A stretch of 64,000 nucleotides of DNA from Nitrosopumilaceae archaeon (lineage in GTDB: Archaea; Thermoproteota; Nitrososphaeria; Nitrososphaerales; Nitrosopumilaceae). The notes beneath the pieces are model-generated. The model was given only the letters and a program-made list of their open reading frames with translations, was not told where the DNA came from and ran no database searches. Numbering within the stretch: position 1 is the stretch's first letter; the number at the start of each line of letters is the position of its first letter. Made by a program: the position numbers and the translations under genes. The stretch spans positions 64,001-128,000 of the forward strand of contig OZ242376.1 of NCBI GenBank assembly GCA_965209085.1. The letters are read 5' to 3'. Shown in pieces: positions 9,806 to 20,260 of the stretch.

Positions 9806-9967
9806 GGTCTAAGCAATGAGAATTATTACTTTTGACATGTTATAGTATACGTTGAAGTTATATTTAAGATTTATCATGATATATTACATAAAAATACTGT
9901 TTTTTATGAAAATATTACATATCTGCTCTATGTGTAACAAGTCAAATAGGATCAGTATCAAATTCGT

Positions 9968-10171
9968 ATGATGGCAAAACTCAATGTAAGAACGATAATC
10001 CTCTTGGCGGTAATCTGGTTTGTGATAACGCTGCCTCTGCCCTGGCTCATAAACAATCCAGACGTGCAAGCGCAGCAACTCTATACAATACTTGGCATAG
10101 TCGGAATCATGTCCATACCGTTTGTCGCACTTGGAATAGCATGGACGTTAAAGCCAGAGCTGACCACATAA
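9968..10171 (+). CDS. small 2-TM membrane protein, hypothetical
   Basis: 67 aa, two hydrophobic helices, upstream of the hemerythrin gene. Confidence 0.75.
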   Translation: MMAKLNVRTIILLAVIWFVITLPLPWLINNPDVQAQQLYTILGIVGIMSIPFVALGIAWTLKPELTT

Positions 10172-10203
10172 GAAATTAAAGCATGTACGGTGCGGTTGTA
10201 ATT

Positions 10204-10752
10204 ATGAAAGCTACAGATACGTTGCGCGAGGATCACCGTCACATTATGCGGCTTGATGCCGTGATTCAAGATTGTTACAAGGCACTATATTCTGGCATAC
10301 ACATACCTGTTTTGGATATCAGGGAAATTACCGTTATCATATCTGAATTTTTTGACGCCATACACTATGCAAGAGAAGAGGATTCATACTTTGCATGCGT
10401 CGCCGGATACGGTGAATTAAAAGAAGAAATTCGTAAATTTATGATCGAGCACGAATTTGGGCGCAGAATAGCATCCAAAATTTCCAAACATTTGAACGAT
10501 TATGAAAAAGATTGGCAAAGTGCAAGCGAACCTGTGGCCAGATTTTTACGGACATATTCCATATATCTAAACGATCACATCTCAAAGGAAGAGAAATTTT
10601 TTGATCAGGCAGAATCGGACATACTATCCGCAGAAGAGGAACATGAAATGTATCAACAGTTCAACTCTTCGATGGCCACTGCAAAGAAAATCTCAAAGAT
10701 AATTAAACAGATAGAAACTCTTGAAAACATGCCGTGGGCGCATATATCGTAA
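10204..10752 (+). CDS. hemerythrin/HHE cation-binding domain protein
   Basis: LREDH, HYAREEDSYF, EHEFGR, HISKEEKFF; start taken at MKATD. Confidence 0.88.
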   Translation: MKATDTLREDHRHIMRLDAVIQDCYKALYSGIHIPVLDIREITVIISEFFDAIHYAREEDSYFACVAGYGELKEEIRKFMIEHEFGRRIASKISKHLNDYEKDWQSASEPVARFLRTYSIYLNDHISKEEKFFDQAESDILSAEEEHEMYQQFNSSMATAKKISKIIKQIETLENMPWAHIS

Positions 10753-10784
10753 GGTCTTTATGACCATTTTTTGGGATTGGAATA

Positions 10785-11294
10785 ATGGCATTTGTTCTTT
10801 GGATGACCGGTCTGCCGTGTTCCGGAAAGACCACTCTGGTAAAAAGACTGCAAAAAGACATTCCAAATCTTGCGATGCTTGATGGCGATCAGCTCCGTGA
10901 ATGGCTCTCGCCAAAAGATTTCTCAAAAGAGGCGCGCAACGAACACAACAAAAAAGTGGCACATTTGGCAAAACTCTTGCAAAATCACGGGGTCTCATCT
11001 GCAGTTTCACTGATTAGCCCGTACGCTGAAAATAGAAAAAATGCAAGAGAGATCATAGGCGGCGATACGTTCTCAGAAGTGTACGTAAACTGCTCCCTTG
11101 AGCAGTGTGAAAAACGTGATGTAAAAGGCATGTATGCAAAAGCTAGGGCAGGAGTGATCAAGGGTTTTACGGGCATTGATGATCCCTATGAGGCTCCTGA
11201 AAACCCGGATCTAAAGGTAAATACCGAAAGTGACGGATTGGACGAATCAGCTGCTGTAATATTGGATTATTTAAAATCAAAAAATCAGATCTAA
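10785..11294 (+). CDS. cysC: adenylyl-sulfate kinase
   Basis: WMTGLPCSGKTT, LDGD, RDVKGMY, FTGIDDPYEAP. Confidence 0.96.
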   Translation: MAFVLWMTGLPCSGKTTLVKRLQKDIPNLAMLDGDQLREWLSPKDFSKEARNEHNKKVAHLAKLLQNHGVSSAVSLISPYAENRKNAREIIGGDTFSEVYVNCSLEQCEKRDVKGMYAKARAGVIKGFTGIDDPYEAPENPDLKVNTESDGLDESAAVILDYLKSKNQI

Positions 11295-11355
11295 ATATAA
11301 AATTTCCATCCTGATCAAGTTCACTTTAAATCAAAGCGTGCAAAATATTCCCTAA

Positions 11356-12750
11356 TTGATAGAAATTTCACTCTTTAATCTGCTGGATCTCATAGGCGAA
11401 CGCCTTGGGCATGTGGAGGGATTTACACAGATTGAATATTTACACAAACTACTTGATGCCATATCCATAACGGAAGGATCCATTGCATCAGCGCCCGTAA
11501 TCCTACTTGCAGCCGGTATTGTGATCTTTATGGGAGTTATTGGCGAATCATTCTTTAAGAAAACTGGAATTCCGGATGTGGCATTTTTAATGATACTTGG
11601 CGTAATACTCGGACCTCTGCTTGGGATAATCAGGCCGGATGCTGTTACGCTTGTCGTTCCGTATTTTGCCGGCGTGGCACTCATTATAATCATGTTTGAT
11701 GGAGGATTAAATCTTGATCTAAAAAGCATGGTAAAGACTGCCCATTTTGCAATTATTCTAGCTGTGGTGGGGTTTATCGTTTCAATTGCAGCTGTAGCTA
11801 TTTTTGCCCACTTTTTGTTGGAATGGGAATGGCTCGACAGCATTCTGCTTGGAAGCATAGTAGGAGGCAGCAGTTCGATAATTGTTTTTGGACTGGTAAA
11901 AAATATAGGAATTACAGCTGATGGCCGCTCGATGCTCAGTTTTGAATCTGCCATTACGGACATACTTGCAACGATAATTGCTTTCATACTGTTTGAAGCA
12001 ATACTGACAGGCCAGTTCAACATAACTTCTCTAAGTCAAACCGTCGGCAGAGCCATGGCAGTAGGGCTGATTTTGGGACTGGGGTTTGGGATTCCATGGA
12101 TGTACATTAGCACAAAGCTTGGAAAAGCAAAACACAGCTATATGCTTACGCTTGGCGTACTGTTCGTACTGTTTTTTATGGCAAACACGTTTGGCGAATC
12201 AGGAGCCCTTACCGCCCTCGTGTTCGGCCTTATGCTGGGAAATAGAAACAGGGTTTCAAAGATGCTCAGATTCAAGATAAGGACGATTGAATTGGACGAT
12301 TCAATGCACAACCAGCTTACGTTTTTGGTCAGATCGTTCTTTTTCGTCTTTGTGGGGCTGTTGGCCAGCTTTGGCCGCATAGAATACGCAATATTTGGCA
12401 TTTTAGCCACGGTTGCCATATACTTACTGAGAATTGCCACTGTGCGAGGCGTGCTCAACAACAGGGTATTGCGCGATAAATTCTCGCTGTTGGATCGAAA
12501 TGTAACCTCTTCTATGATACCGCGCGGTTTGGCAGCTGCTGTTCTAGCCACCATACCCCTGACCATCGGGATTCCAAATGCGCAAGCTTATCCACAGATT
12601 ATATTTTTCATAATAATGACCTCAGTTATCATAACCACTGTCGGTCTTAGCTCTGCAAAAAAGACGCCCCAGCCGGAAAATATGGAAGGAGGGTTTGTAA
12701 AAAAAGAAGATATCGAATCCGAATTATCTAAAGATTCAAAGACTCTTTGA
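11356..12750 (+). CDS. cation:proton antiporter (CPA1/NhaP-like); start uncertain
   Basis: About 12 TM helices, FDGGL, ESAITDI, PRGLAAAVLA. Confidence 0.9.
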   Translation: MIEISLFNLLDLIGERLGHVEGFTQIEYLHKLLDAISITEGSIASAPVILLAAGIVIFMGVIGESFFKKTGIPDVAFLMILGVILGPLLGIIRPDAVTLVVPYFAGVALIIIMFDGGLNLDLKSMVKTAHFAIILAVVGFIVSIAAVAIFAHFLLEWEWLDSILLGSIVGGSSSIIVFGLVKNIGITADGRSMLSFESAITDILATIIAFILFEAILTGQFNITSLSQTVGRAMAVGLILGLGFGIPWMYISTKLGKAKHSYMLTLGVLFVLFFMANTFGESGALTALVFGLMLGNRNRVSKMLRFKIRTIELDDSMHNQLTFLVRSFFFVFVGLLASFGRIEYAIFGILATVAIYLLRIATVRGVLNNRVLRDKFSLLDRNVTSSMIPRGLAAAVLATIPLTIGIPNAQAYPQIIFFIIMTSVIITTVGLSSAKKTPQPENMEGGFVKKEDIESELSKDSKTL

Positions 12751-13636
12751 GTCCTTTGTAGCGGTTGCGTATTGTAACTTCTGTAACGTTTGCAGCTTCG
12801 GCAATGTCTCTTTGTGTTTTATCCTCATTGTGGCTAACGCATGCCAGATAAAGAGCCGCTGCGGCAAGACCCATGGGATCTTTTCCTGCAGAGACTTCGC
12901 ATTCCTGTGCCATTCTAAGCACCTTTATTGCATAACGTTTTGTTTTTTCGGCAATTCCAATTCTGCTTGCTATTCTTGCCACACACTGTACAGAATCCGT
13001 TACCGGCATTCTAAGATCCAGTTCTTTTACCAGCAAACGGTAGCATCTTGCAATGTCCTTGCGTTTTATGTTTGCCACCTGTTCAACATCTTTAAGATTG
13101 CGCGGTGTTGCCGTGTCACGGCATGCCGCATACAGTGCCGATGCCATCAGGGCCGAGATTGATCTTCCGCGCACCAAACCTTTTTCAAGTGCTTTACGGT
13201 AAATGTACGCCGCTTTTTCTATGACGGCATCAGATATTGCAAGTTTGTCTTTTAATCTGTTTAATTCGCTAAAAGCCTGACGGAAATTTCTGTCCACCGG
13301 TTCATGTACCTGGCTTCTGCTGTCCCATGTTCTGAGTCTTTCAATGGTACTTTTCATGGATGAGGTGAGTGGTCTGCCTGATGCATCTTTGTTTTGTGGA
13401 TTGATTATTGTTGCAAGACCCATGTCATGCATTGTAAGTGACGTTGGAGCTCCGGCTCGCGCACGATCTCCATGTTCATCTTGTGTAAATGATCTCCATT
13501 CTGGTCCGGATTCCTGAATTTTTTCATTCAGAACAAAACCGCATTTGGAGCAAAACATCTCGCCGGATTCATTATCTGTTACAAGTTTGCCTTTTACACA
13601 TCTAGGGCAAGTTCCTTTTGCATTTTTTTGGCTCAT
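12728..13636 (-). CDS. tfb: transcription initiation factor IIB
   Basis: Zn ribbon CPRC...CSKCG, GPEWRSF, two cyclin repeats, VTEVTIRNRYK. Confidence 0.98.
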   Translation of the reverse strand: MSQKNAKGTCPRCVKGKLVTDNESGEMFCSKCGFVLNEKIQESGPEWRSFTQDEHGDRARAGAPTSLTMHDMGLATIINPQNKDASGRPLTSSMKSTIERLRTWDSRSQVHEPVDRNFRQAFSELNRLKDKLAISDAVIEKAAYIYRKALEKGLVRGRSISALMASALYAACRDTATPRNLKDVEQVANIKRKDIARCYRLLVKELDLRMPVTDSVQCVARIASRIGIAEKTKRYAIKVLRMAQECEVSAGKDPMGLAAAALYLACVSHNEDKTQRDIAEAANVTEVTIRNRYKGLKESLNL

Positions 13637-13725
13637 TATGAGATAACCTTGTATATGATCTATATAAAGTAGATTGTATAATTGGATTTAGTGGTAAATA
13701 TACAGATCAGTCCCTAATACTCAAT

Positions 13726-15255
13726 ATGCGGTTTGGAATTGCCATTGCAGCTGCTCTAGTATTATCTTTGGCTGCAGTACAAGAGGCAGACGGTCATGGT
13801 GTAGGATATGAGCTACTGCCGGTATTGTTTGAAGGCAAACAAGTTTCCCTCGAGGTATCCTCATCAGGGTATGAGGATGTGGACAATCCTAGCAGACAGA
13901 TACGATTTGCCCTGATGGATTCGGAGAGTTTCATAACCGTACGTGATGTAACATACGGAGTCTCAGCATACAAGGGAGATTTGCATCTTTTTGACGGTAA
14001 ATTTATGACCGAGGATGGAATACTTGTATTTTCATTTGAATATGAAGATACAGACATTGTTGTAAAAACCAAAGAAACTGGCGGTTTTTTCTCGGCGATT
14101 TTGGGAACTGGTGAAAAAACAACAAGTGTTCTAGGCAGACATTTTGAATCCGGCGGCCTATACAGGTTTGATGTAAAATTGCTTTCAGCAGATGCGTTAT
14201 CCGGCGGGTCTGAGCAGACCATAAAATACAATATTGAAATATCCATACCAGAAAGAACCGAATGGTACGCAGATGATCCCAATTTTGGAAAAAAACGCAT
14301 AGATGTGATTACATATTATGACGTAATTTCCGATTTTATATACAAGCCTGAATCCAAAACCATTTTGTTTTCAATGCCGTTTGATTGGAATGTAGATACA
14401 ATAAACGAAATTTCTGCAGTACATGAGGAATTTTCTTTTGACAAATCATTCGGGGATCTGCTGGTTGCCAGCTATACAGTAAGGATAAACGGCAAAATCA
14501 TGCCAGAAATGACCGCCACTATAGACAATTTTGCAGGAAAAGATAGAATTGTACACGTAATAATAAATCAAAACATGCTGTTGGAACTTGAAGAGTCTTT
14601 GCGAGGTCAGAATATAATGAATTTTGAAATCAGTCCAACAGATGAAACCGTTTTGAGCACGGTTACAAAGAACGGTCAGTTTAGAGCCGACTTGTGGTGG
14701 GAGCCGGAAAATCTTGAAACCAAAGAGGCCGTATTTTATTTCCAATTAAAGGACGTTTTTCTAAAGAACAAACCCGTAGCCATAGAATACAGGTTTTCTC
14801 TTGTACACGAAGACAGAGAAATCATTGTGCAGGAAGGAACAAGTTTGGATCAGGATGAGCCAGATTACGTGCGTGTAGAGATTTCAAATGAAATAACAGG
14901 TCCGGCTCTTGTACGGTTTGAAAATCTTGACGGCAGCTCACTAGCATATGCAGAATTTCCCATAATCATAAACAGAATGGAATCAGTGTCCGTTCCACAG
15001 TGGGTAAAACAAACGTCAGGCTGGTGGTCAGAGGGAACAATTAGTGATGAGGAATTTGTGGCAAGTATCGGATATCTTGTAAAAAATGGGATCATATCAG
15101 TTTCCGCCGACAAATCTGAAACCAAGAGCTCGTCTGTTCCAGGATGGGTAAAACAAACGTCAGGCTGGTGGTCAGAGGGAACAATTAGTGATGAGGAATT
15201 TGTGGCAAGTATCGGATATTTGATTTCTGTTGGAATAATAATCGTAGAGTACTGA
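13726..15255 (+). CDS. secreted thaumarchaeal surface protein with two C-terminal VPxWVK...GWW repeats
   Basis: Signal peptide ending AxGHG, FSMPFDW, HEE motif, duplicated C-terminal module. Confidence 0.8.
   Translation: MRFGIAIAAALVLSLAAVQEADGHGVGYELLPVLFEGKQVSLEVSSSGYEDVDNPSRQIRFALMDSESFITVRDVTYGVSAYKGDLHLFDGKFMTEDGILVFSFEYEDTDIVVKTKETGGFFSAILGTGEKTTSVLGRHFESGGLYRFDVKLLSADALSGGSEQTIKYNIEISIPERTEWYADDPNFGKKRIDVITYYDVISDFIYKPESKTILFSMPFDWNVDTINEISAVHEEFSFDKSFGDLLVASYTVRINGKIMPEMTATIDNFAGKDRIVHVIINQNMLLELEESLRGQNIMNFEISPTDETVLSTVTKNGQFRADLWWEPENLETKEAVFYFQLKDVFLKNKPVAIEYRFSLVHEDREIIVQEGTSLDQDEPDYVRVEISNEITGPALVRFENLDGSSLAYAEFPIIINRMESVSVPQWVKQTSGWWSEGTISDEEFVASIGYLVKNGIISVSADKSETKSSSVPGWVKQTSGWWSEGTISDEEFVASIGYLISVGIIIVEY
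15001..15219 (+). repeat. 75-bp exact intragenic direct repeat (15001-15075 and 15145-15219)
   Basis: tgggtaaaacaaacgtcagg...gcaagtatcggatat occurs twice, identical. Confidence 0.95.
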
Positions 15256-15287
15256 CAACAGTTATAATTTAAGATTGCAAACGTACA

Positions 15288-15848
15288 ATGATGGCAGAAA
15301 ACGTTGTATTTCCCGGAGATAGAATATCATCTGCGGAAGAATACGAGGCCGGTTCCAACACGTTTGATGATATGGGCATAATCAGGGCGGATACGATAGG
15401 AACCACAAATATGGATTTAACAACCCACATGGTCAGCATAAAATGTGCCAAAACCCATCAGGTCGCACAACCTGATGATATAGTGGTGGGGACAGTAGCT
15501 GCCGTACTCTCTTCAATAATTCCAGTTTCCATAGAATATATCAACGGTAAAAAAGTTACAAACAGTGTTGAATGCGTGTGTTCCACACGCAACCGCAGAG
15601 AAAGGATAATTGCATTAACGGGAGACTTGGTTAAATTAAAAATTATCAGCCATATCAACGGCACCATACATGCATCCATATCGGATCCCGAACTGGGGGT
15701 TTTGCATACAAAATGCAGAGCATGCGGCAACAGAGTTGTAACAATAAGCAACGGCGTAAAATGTGTAGAATGTGGATGGAAAGATGACCGCAAGTTATCT
15801 TCAGATTATGGCAACATGGACGCATTTACCACTTGTAACAAGGTATGA
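15288..15848 (+). CDS. csl4: exosome RNA-binding subunit Csl4
   Basis: VFPGD..EEY, S1 domain, LGVL..CRACG...CVECG..DDRKLS Zn ribbon. Confidence 0.9.
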   Translation: MMAENVVFPGDRISSAEEYEAGSNTFDDMGIIRADTIGTTNMDLTTHMVSIKCAKTHQVAQPDDIVVGTVAAVLSSIIPVSIEYINGKKVTNSVECVCSTRNRRERIIALTGDLVKLKIISHINGTIHASISDPELGVLHTKCRACGNRVVTISNGVKCVECGWKDDRKLSSDYGNMDAFTTCNKV

Positions 15849-16663
15849 CCTTACGAGTAGCATTTCAGGGAGAATGCGGAGCATACAGCGAATCAGCGGC
15901 AATTAATTTTTTTGGTAAAAATATACAGACCGTATCTTGCCCTACATTTTCAACCGCCCTAGATTTAATTGGAAAAGGAGAATGTGAATATGCCGTACTG
16001 CCGATTGAAAATTCCATAGAAGGCAGCGTAGGTGAGAGCTATGACCTGCTGTATAAGACGGATCTAAAAGTTGCAGGTGAAACGTATCAAAAGATAGAAC
16101 ATTGTCTGATAGGAGCCGCATCTGATGTGAACAAAGTACGGAACGTGTATTCACATCCACAGGCATTGGGACAATGCAGGAATTTTACCCAGTCGCACGG
16201 CATGAAGATCGTGCCCACATATGATACGGCAGGCAGCGTGGATATTGTAAAAAAACTAGACGATTCAAACGCCTGCATAGCAAGCAAGGATGCAGCACGC
16301 ATACACGGTCTTCCTGTTATCGCACGCAATATAACAGATAGCCCGGTCAACTATACGAGATTTTTAATCATGGGTAAAAACGAGGCAGAACGCGCGGATA
16401 TCTCCAAGACATCCATAATGTTTGCCATAAAACACGAGCCTGGCGCACTTTATGGCATAATCGGTATTTTGAGCAAAGCTGGAATAAATCTCACAAAGAT
16501 AGCGTCCCGGCCGCAAAAAGACAAGGTTTGGGAGTATAATTTTTATTTGGATTTTGAAGGCAATTTGCACAAAGAGGAAAATGCCGCAGCCTTGGAGGAA
16601 ATACGCACAATGTGTTCGTTTCTAAAAGTGTTGGGAACTTATCCCATGGAAAAATTTAATTAA
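15845..16663 (+). CDS. pheA: prephenate dehydratase
   Basis: AFQGECGAYSE, PIENSIEG, SHPQALGQC, NYTRF, ACT domain NLTKIASRP. Confidence 0.96.
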   Translation: MTLRVAFQGECGAYSESAAINFFGKNIQTVSCPTFSTALDLIGKGECEYAVLPIENSIEGSVGESYDLLYKTDLKVAGETYQKIEHCLIGAASDVNKVRNVYSHPQALGQCRNFTQSHGMKIVPTYDTAGSVDIVKKLDDSNACIASKDAARIHGLPVIARNITDSPVNYTRFLIMGKNEAERADISKTSIMFAIKHEPGALYGIIGILSKAGINLTKIASRPQKDKVWEYNFYLDFEGNLHKEENAAALEEIRTMCSFLKVLGTYPMEKFN

Positions 16664-17115
16664 AACCCGCGCGGTTTACGCTTGCCAAAACCGGCACTAA
16701 ATCCAAGTATGACTATGCCTGTAATTATTACCATTGTATGGTATGCGGTGTGTATGAGATCCGATGATATTGAAGCGGTTCCTTGTACAGTCACATCTGA
16801 GGAACCGGTATTTAATATGAACAGCAGGCTTCGGCCTTCGGTAGAATGCGACCAGGTAAGAGCCGCTTCGTCCGTATATGATTCATTTCTAGAGATGCCA
16901 GGACCCTCGATTTGGACCGTAAAGGAATCTCCGGATACGTGTAGGTTTTGTACCGCATCAGGGGGGGCGTTAAATGAATATTGTATGCGATCGCCTATAG
17001 GATATGTGTCATCAACGGTAACTTGTTGCAGTCCAAATGATGTCGCCAATGAATATGCCCCTATTACAATAATTATCACTCCCACGATGGTTCCAATTAT
17101 TGGTATCTTTGCCAT
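16660..17115 (-). CDS. membrane protein, hypothetical
   Basis: N- and C-terminal TM helices flanking a beta-rich domain. Confidence 0.7.
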   Translation of the reverse strand: MAKIPIIGTIVGVIIIVIGAYSLATSFGLQQVTVDDTYPIGDRIQYSFNAPPDAVQNLHVSGDSFTVQIEGPGISRNESYTDEAALTWSHSTEGRSLLFILNTGSSDVTVQGTASISSDLIHTAYHTMVIITGIVILGFSAGFGKRKPRGF

Positions 17116-17158
17116 ACATAAAACACCAATATGATAAATAAAAGAATATCTGTACGGG

Positions 17159-18598
17159 TTACATTAGGATAACATCGTGAGGCTGACTTTCTGCAAATCC
17201 AGCCCGTGACATTTTGATAAATTCGGCGTTTTCCTGCATCTGCGGTATGGTGTGCGCGCCACAATAGCTCAAACCGGAGCGTATACCGCCGGTAAGTTGC
17301 TTTAGTATGTCATTGACGCTCCCTTTGTATGGAACCATTGCTTCAACACCTTCTGCGACATAATCGTTAAGATCGTCCTCATTTTGTGCCTGCGCAGACT
17401 GTTCTTTGGATTTACGGCCAAGCGAAGCTGCAAGTGAGGCCATTCCACGATAAACTTTGAACCTTTTGCCATTTTTGGTAAGAACCGAACCGGGGGATTC
17501 ATCAGTGCCTCCAAGCATGCTTCCTACCATTATGGATGAGGCGCCTGCAGCGAGTGCCTTTGTGACATCGCCGGAGGTACGCGTTCCACCATCAGATATT
17601 ATTGGGACTCCGTTATCGTGTCCTACCTTGGCGCATTCAATAACTGCCGTAAGTTGCGGTACCCCGGAACCGGTAATCACACGTGTTATGCATATGGAAC
17701 CGGACCCCACTCCTACTTTAACGGCGTCAACTCCAGCGTTAATTAAATCGGTAGTTCCCTGCGCCGTGGCAACATTACCTGCTACAAGCTCGCAGTCTGG
17801 AAATGCTTTTTTGATGTTGCGTATTGCATTAATGGCGTTTTCACTGTGACCGTGAGCGATATCAACTACCAGTACGTCCGCTCCCGCATCTAACAGGGCT
17901 TCAGTACGATCCATAAAATCGCCTTTTACTCCTACGGCAGCTCCTACCAGTGGTCTGCCTTTGGAATCTTTGGAAGCGTACGGATGTGCTTGGGCATTTG
18001 TAATGTCCTTTGTGGTAATTATGCCCTGCACTCTGCCTTTCTCGTCCACCAATGGAAGCTTTTCTTTACGGTGTTTGTGCAAAATTTCTTTGGCTTCCTC
18101 TATGGAAGTGCCGTATGGTGCGGTAATCACATCCTTTGTCATAAAGTCGCTTATCTTACGATCTAGCTCGGTCTGAAACACCAAATCACGTTCTGTTAAG
18201 ATTCCAACAAGTTTTTGCGTTTCTGGATCAACCACCAAGAGTCCGGAAACGTCCTTGTCCGCCGTATAGTTGAGTGCATCTGTTAGTGTTTCATTTGGAC
18301 TTATTGTGTATGGGTTTTCAATCATAATACTGCCGGATCGCTTGGTTTTTAGAATCTCATTGGCTTGTTCTTTAACGGTTAAAAATCGGTGTATAATTCC
18401 CACACCGCCAAGTCTGGCCAGAATTACGGCCATTGAGGACTCTGTTACCGTATCCATATTTGCGCTGATTATGGGTATGTTAAGCGGGATATTACGCGTG
18501 AGTTTGGTGGAAAGATCGATCTGTGAACGGCTTGTAATATCTGAATATTTGGGTACAAGAAGAACGTCATCAAACGTGAGTCCTTCTCTAAATTCCAA
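17159..18598 (-). CDS. guaB: IMP dehydrogenase
   Basis: LTFDDVLLVP, CBS pair, GVGSGSICITR, YRGMAS, VAEGVE. Confidence 0.98.
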   Translation of the reverse strand: MEFREGLTFDDVLLVPKYSDITSRSQIDLSTKLTRNIPLNIPIISANMDTVTESSMAVILARLGGVGIIHRFLTVKEQANEILKTKRSGSIMIENPYTISPNETLTDALNYTADKDVSGLLVVDPETQKLVGILTERDLVFQTELDRKISDFMTKDVITAPYGTSIEEAKEILHKHRKEKLPLVDEKGRVQGIITTKDITNAQAHPYASKDSKGRPLVGAAVGVKGDFMDRTEALLDAGADVLVVDIAHGHSENAINAIRNIKKAFPDCELVAGNVATAQGTTDLINAGVDAVKVGVGSGSICITRVITGSGVPQLTAVIECAKVGHDNGVPIISDGGTRTSGDVTKALAAGASSIMVGSMLGGTDESPGSVLTKNGKRFKVYRGMASLAASLGRKSKEQSAQAQNEDDLNDYVAEGVEAMVPYKGSVNDILKQLTGGIRSGLSYCGAHTIPQMQENAEFIKMSRAGFAESQPHDVILM

Positions 18599-18835
18599 AG
18601 ATACCTTGTATAATGTACATTGGCTATGTTATAAGTTTTTAGAAATTAAAGACGTATGAGGTCACGTCATGCCTAGAATTTATGCAATAAATGACGATGT
18701 AGGCACAAAATAGCACGAGGTATTGACTTCATACTTAAAGACGTAATATATGCAAATTTGTGGCTAAAATTCAGATTCTGTTCGCTATGGCTAGATACTA
18801 TATATGATTAATTAGAACCTCCGTTTTAGTTATCC

Positions 18836-20260
18836 ATGAGGCAAGAAATCACAGAAGCGTTATCGTATGCTCTCAACAAGGGTATTCAGGTACATCCTAA
18901 CGTGATGGATGTGTTGGAGAATGCCGATGCGACAAAGCTGATGCACATTATGCGTGAGATAATTGTAGAAAAAACCCGCCAACGTAATTTTTTCATAACC
19001 AAGGATGATATCGAAGCCGCACTTGGTATAAAAGAATCTGTGGATGTAACTGCCACATTTGACGTGTTATTTGATCCTAGTCCAAATGTGGCATCTGCTG
19101 AAGGCATAGAAGGATATGGGGATTTGTTTAGGAGTAGATATGAAAAGTTGCACAAGATAATATCTCAAAGACCGAAAGCAAAAAAACTAAGATCTGTTAC
19201 AAATTTGAAGGGAATTAAAAAACCAAATACGGAGATGTATGTCTGTGGTCTTGTCATAGAGAAAAATATAGGAAAAGATCGTGCGACATTCAAACTTGAT
19301 GATCTTACGGGGATTAGTGCCGACATATCCGCATATGATGAGAAAATAATAGAAAAAGTATCGTTGTTGCTTGACGATCAAATGATCATGGTTGAAGTTA
19401 TTGAATCAAAAAAAGGCAGTTTGGTGGCAAAAGATGTAATAGTGCCGGGAGTAATTGCATCGCCAGAAAACAGATCTAAAACTGACACATATGCAGCTTT
19501 TGTATCTGATCTGCATATCGGCAGTAAATTTTTCATGGAAAATGAGTTTATTGAATTTGTAGATTGGCTTTCAAGTCCAGACCCAAAGGCAAGAAAAGTG
19601 CGCTTTTTAATCATAGGGGGGGATCTTTTAGATGGTGTGGGCATATACAAAGATCAAAATAAAGAGCTTGTATTTCAAACCGTGGAAGAACAGCTTGTAA
19701 AGGCATATGAAATACTGTGCCGTGTTCCAAAACATATTCAAATTTTTATTTCTCCTGGAAACCATGATCCAGGCAGAAGAGCCTTGCCGCAACCGGCCAT
19801 ACCAAAAAAATATCATGCCAAATTTTGGGAGCGTTCAAACATTACCATGGTGGGTAATCCGGCCATGGTAGCACTTAATGATGTTAAAGTTTTGATTTAC
19901 CATGGTCAGTCTATAGATGATTTGGTTAGAACCACGCCAGGTATGAAATATGAAAACCCAACTAGAGCCATGAAGCATCTTTTGAAAGCCCGACATCTTG
20001 GACCGATTTACGGTGGCAGTACGCCAATAGCACCTGAAAGTGAGGATATGTTGGTTATTGATGATGTCCCAGATATTTTTCAAACAGGCCATGTGCACAT
20101 ATCAGAAATTGAAACGTACAAGGGAATTCTTTTGTTGAATTCTGGCACATGGCAAAAACAAACTGGTTTTCAGGCAAGTGTTGGAATAACGCCCACGCCA
20201 GGTATAGCCATACTTGTTAATCTTAAAACGTTAAAATCCGATTATTATATGCAAAATTAG
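18836..20260 (+). CDS. polB: DNA polymerase D small subunit DP1
   Basis: OB fold, then calcineurin-like SDLHIGS, GDLLDG, PGNHD, HG, TGHVH, NSGTWQ. Confidence 0.95.
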   Translation: MRQEITEALSYALNKGIQVHPNVMDVLENADATKLMHIMREIIVEKTRQRNFFITKDDIEAALGIKESVDVTATFDVLFDPSPNVASAEGIEGYGDLFRSRYEKLHKIISQRPKAKKLRSVTNLKGIKKPNTEMYVCGLVIEKNIGKDRATFKLDDLTGISADISAYDEKIIEKVSLLLDDQMIMVEVIESKKGSLVAKDVIVPGVIASPENRSKTDTYAAFVSDLHIGSKFFMENEFIEFVDWLSSPDPKARKVRFLIIGGDLLDGVGIYKDQNKELVFQTVEEQLVKAYEILCRVPKHIQIFISPGNHDPGRRALPQPAIPKKYHAKFWERSNITMVGNPAMVALNDVKVLIYHGQSIDDLVRTTPGMKYENPTRAMKHLLKARHLGPIYGGSTPIAPESEDMLVIDDVPDIFQTGHVHISEIETYKGILLLNSGTWQKQTGFQASVGITPTPGIAILVNLKTLKSDYYMQN

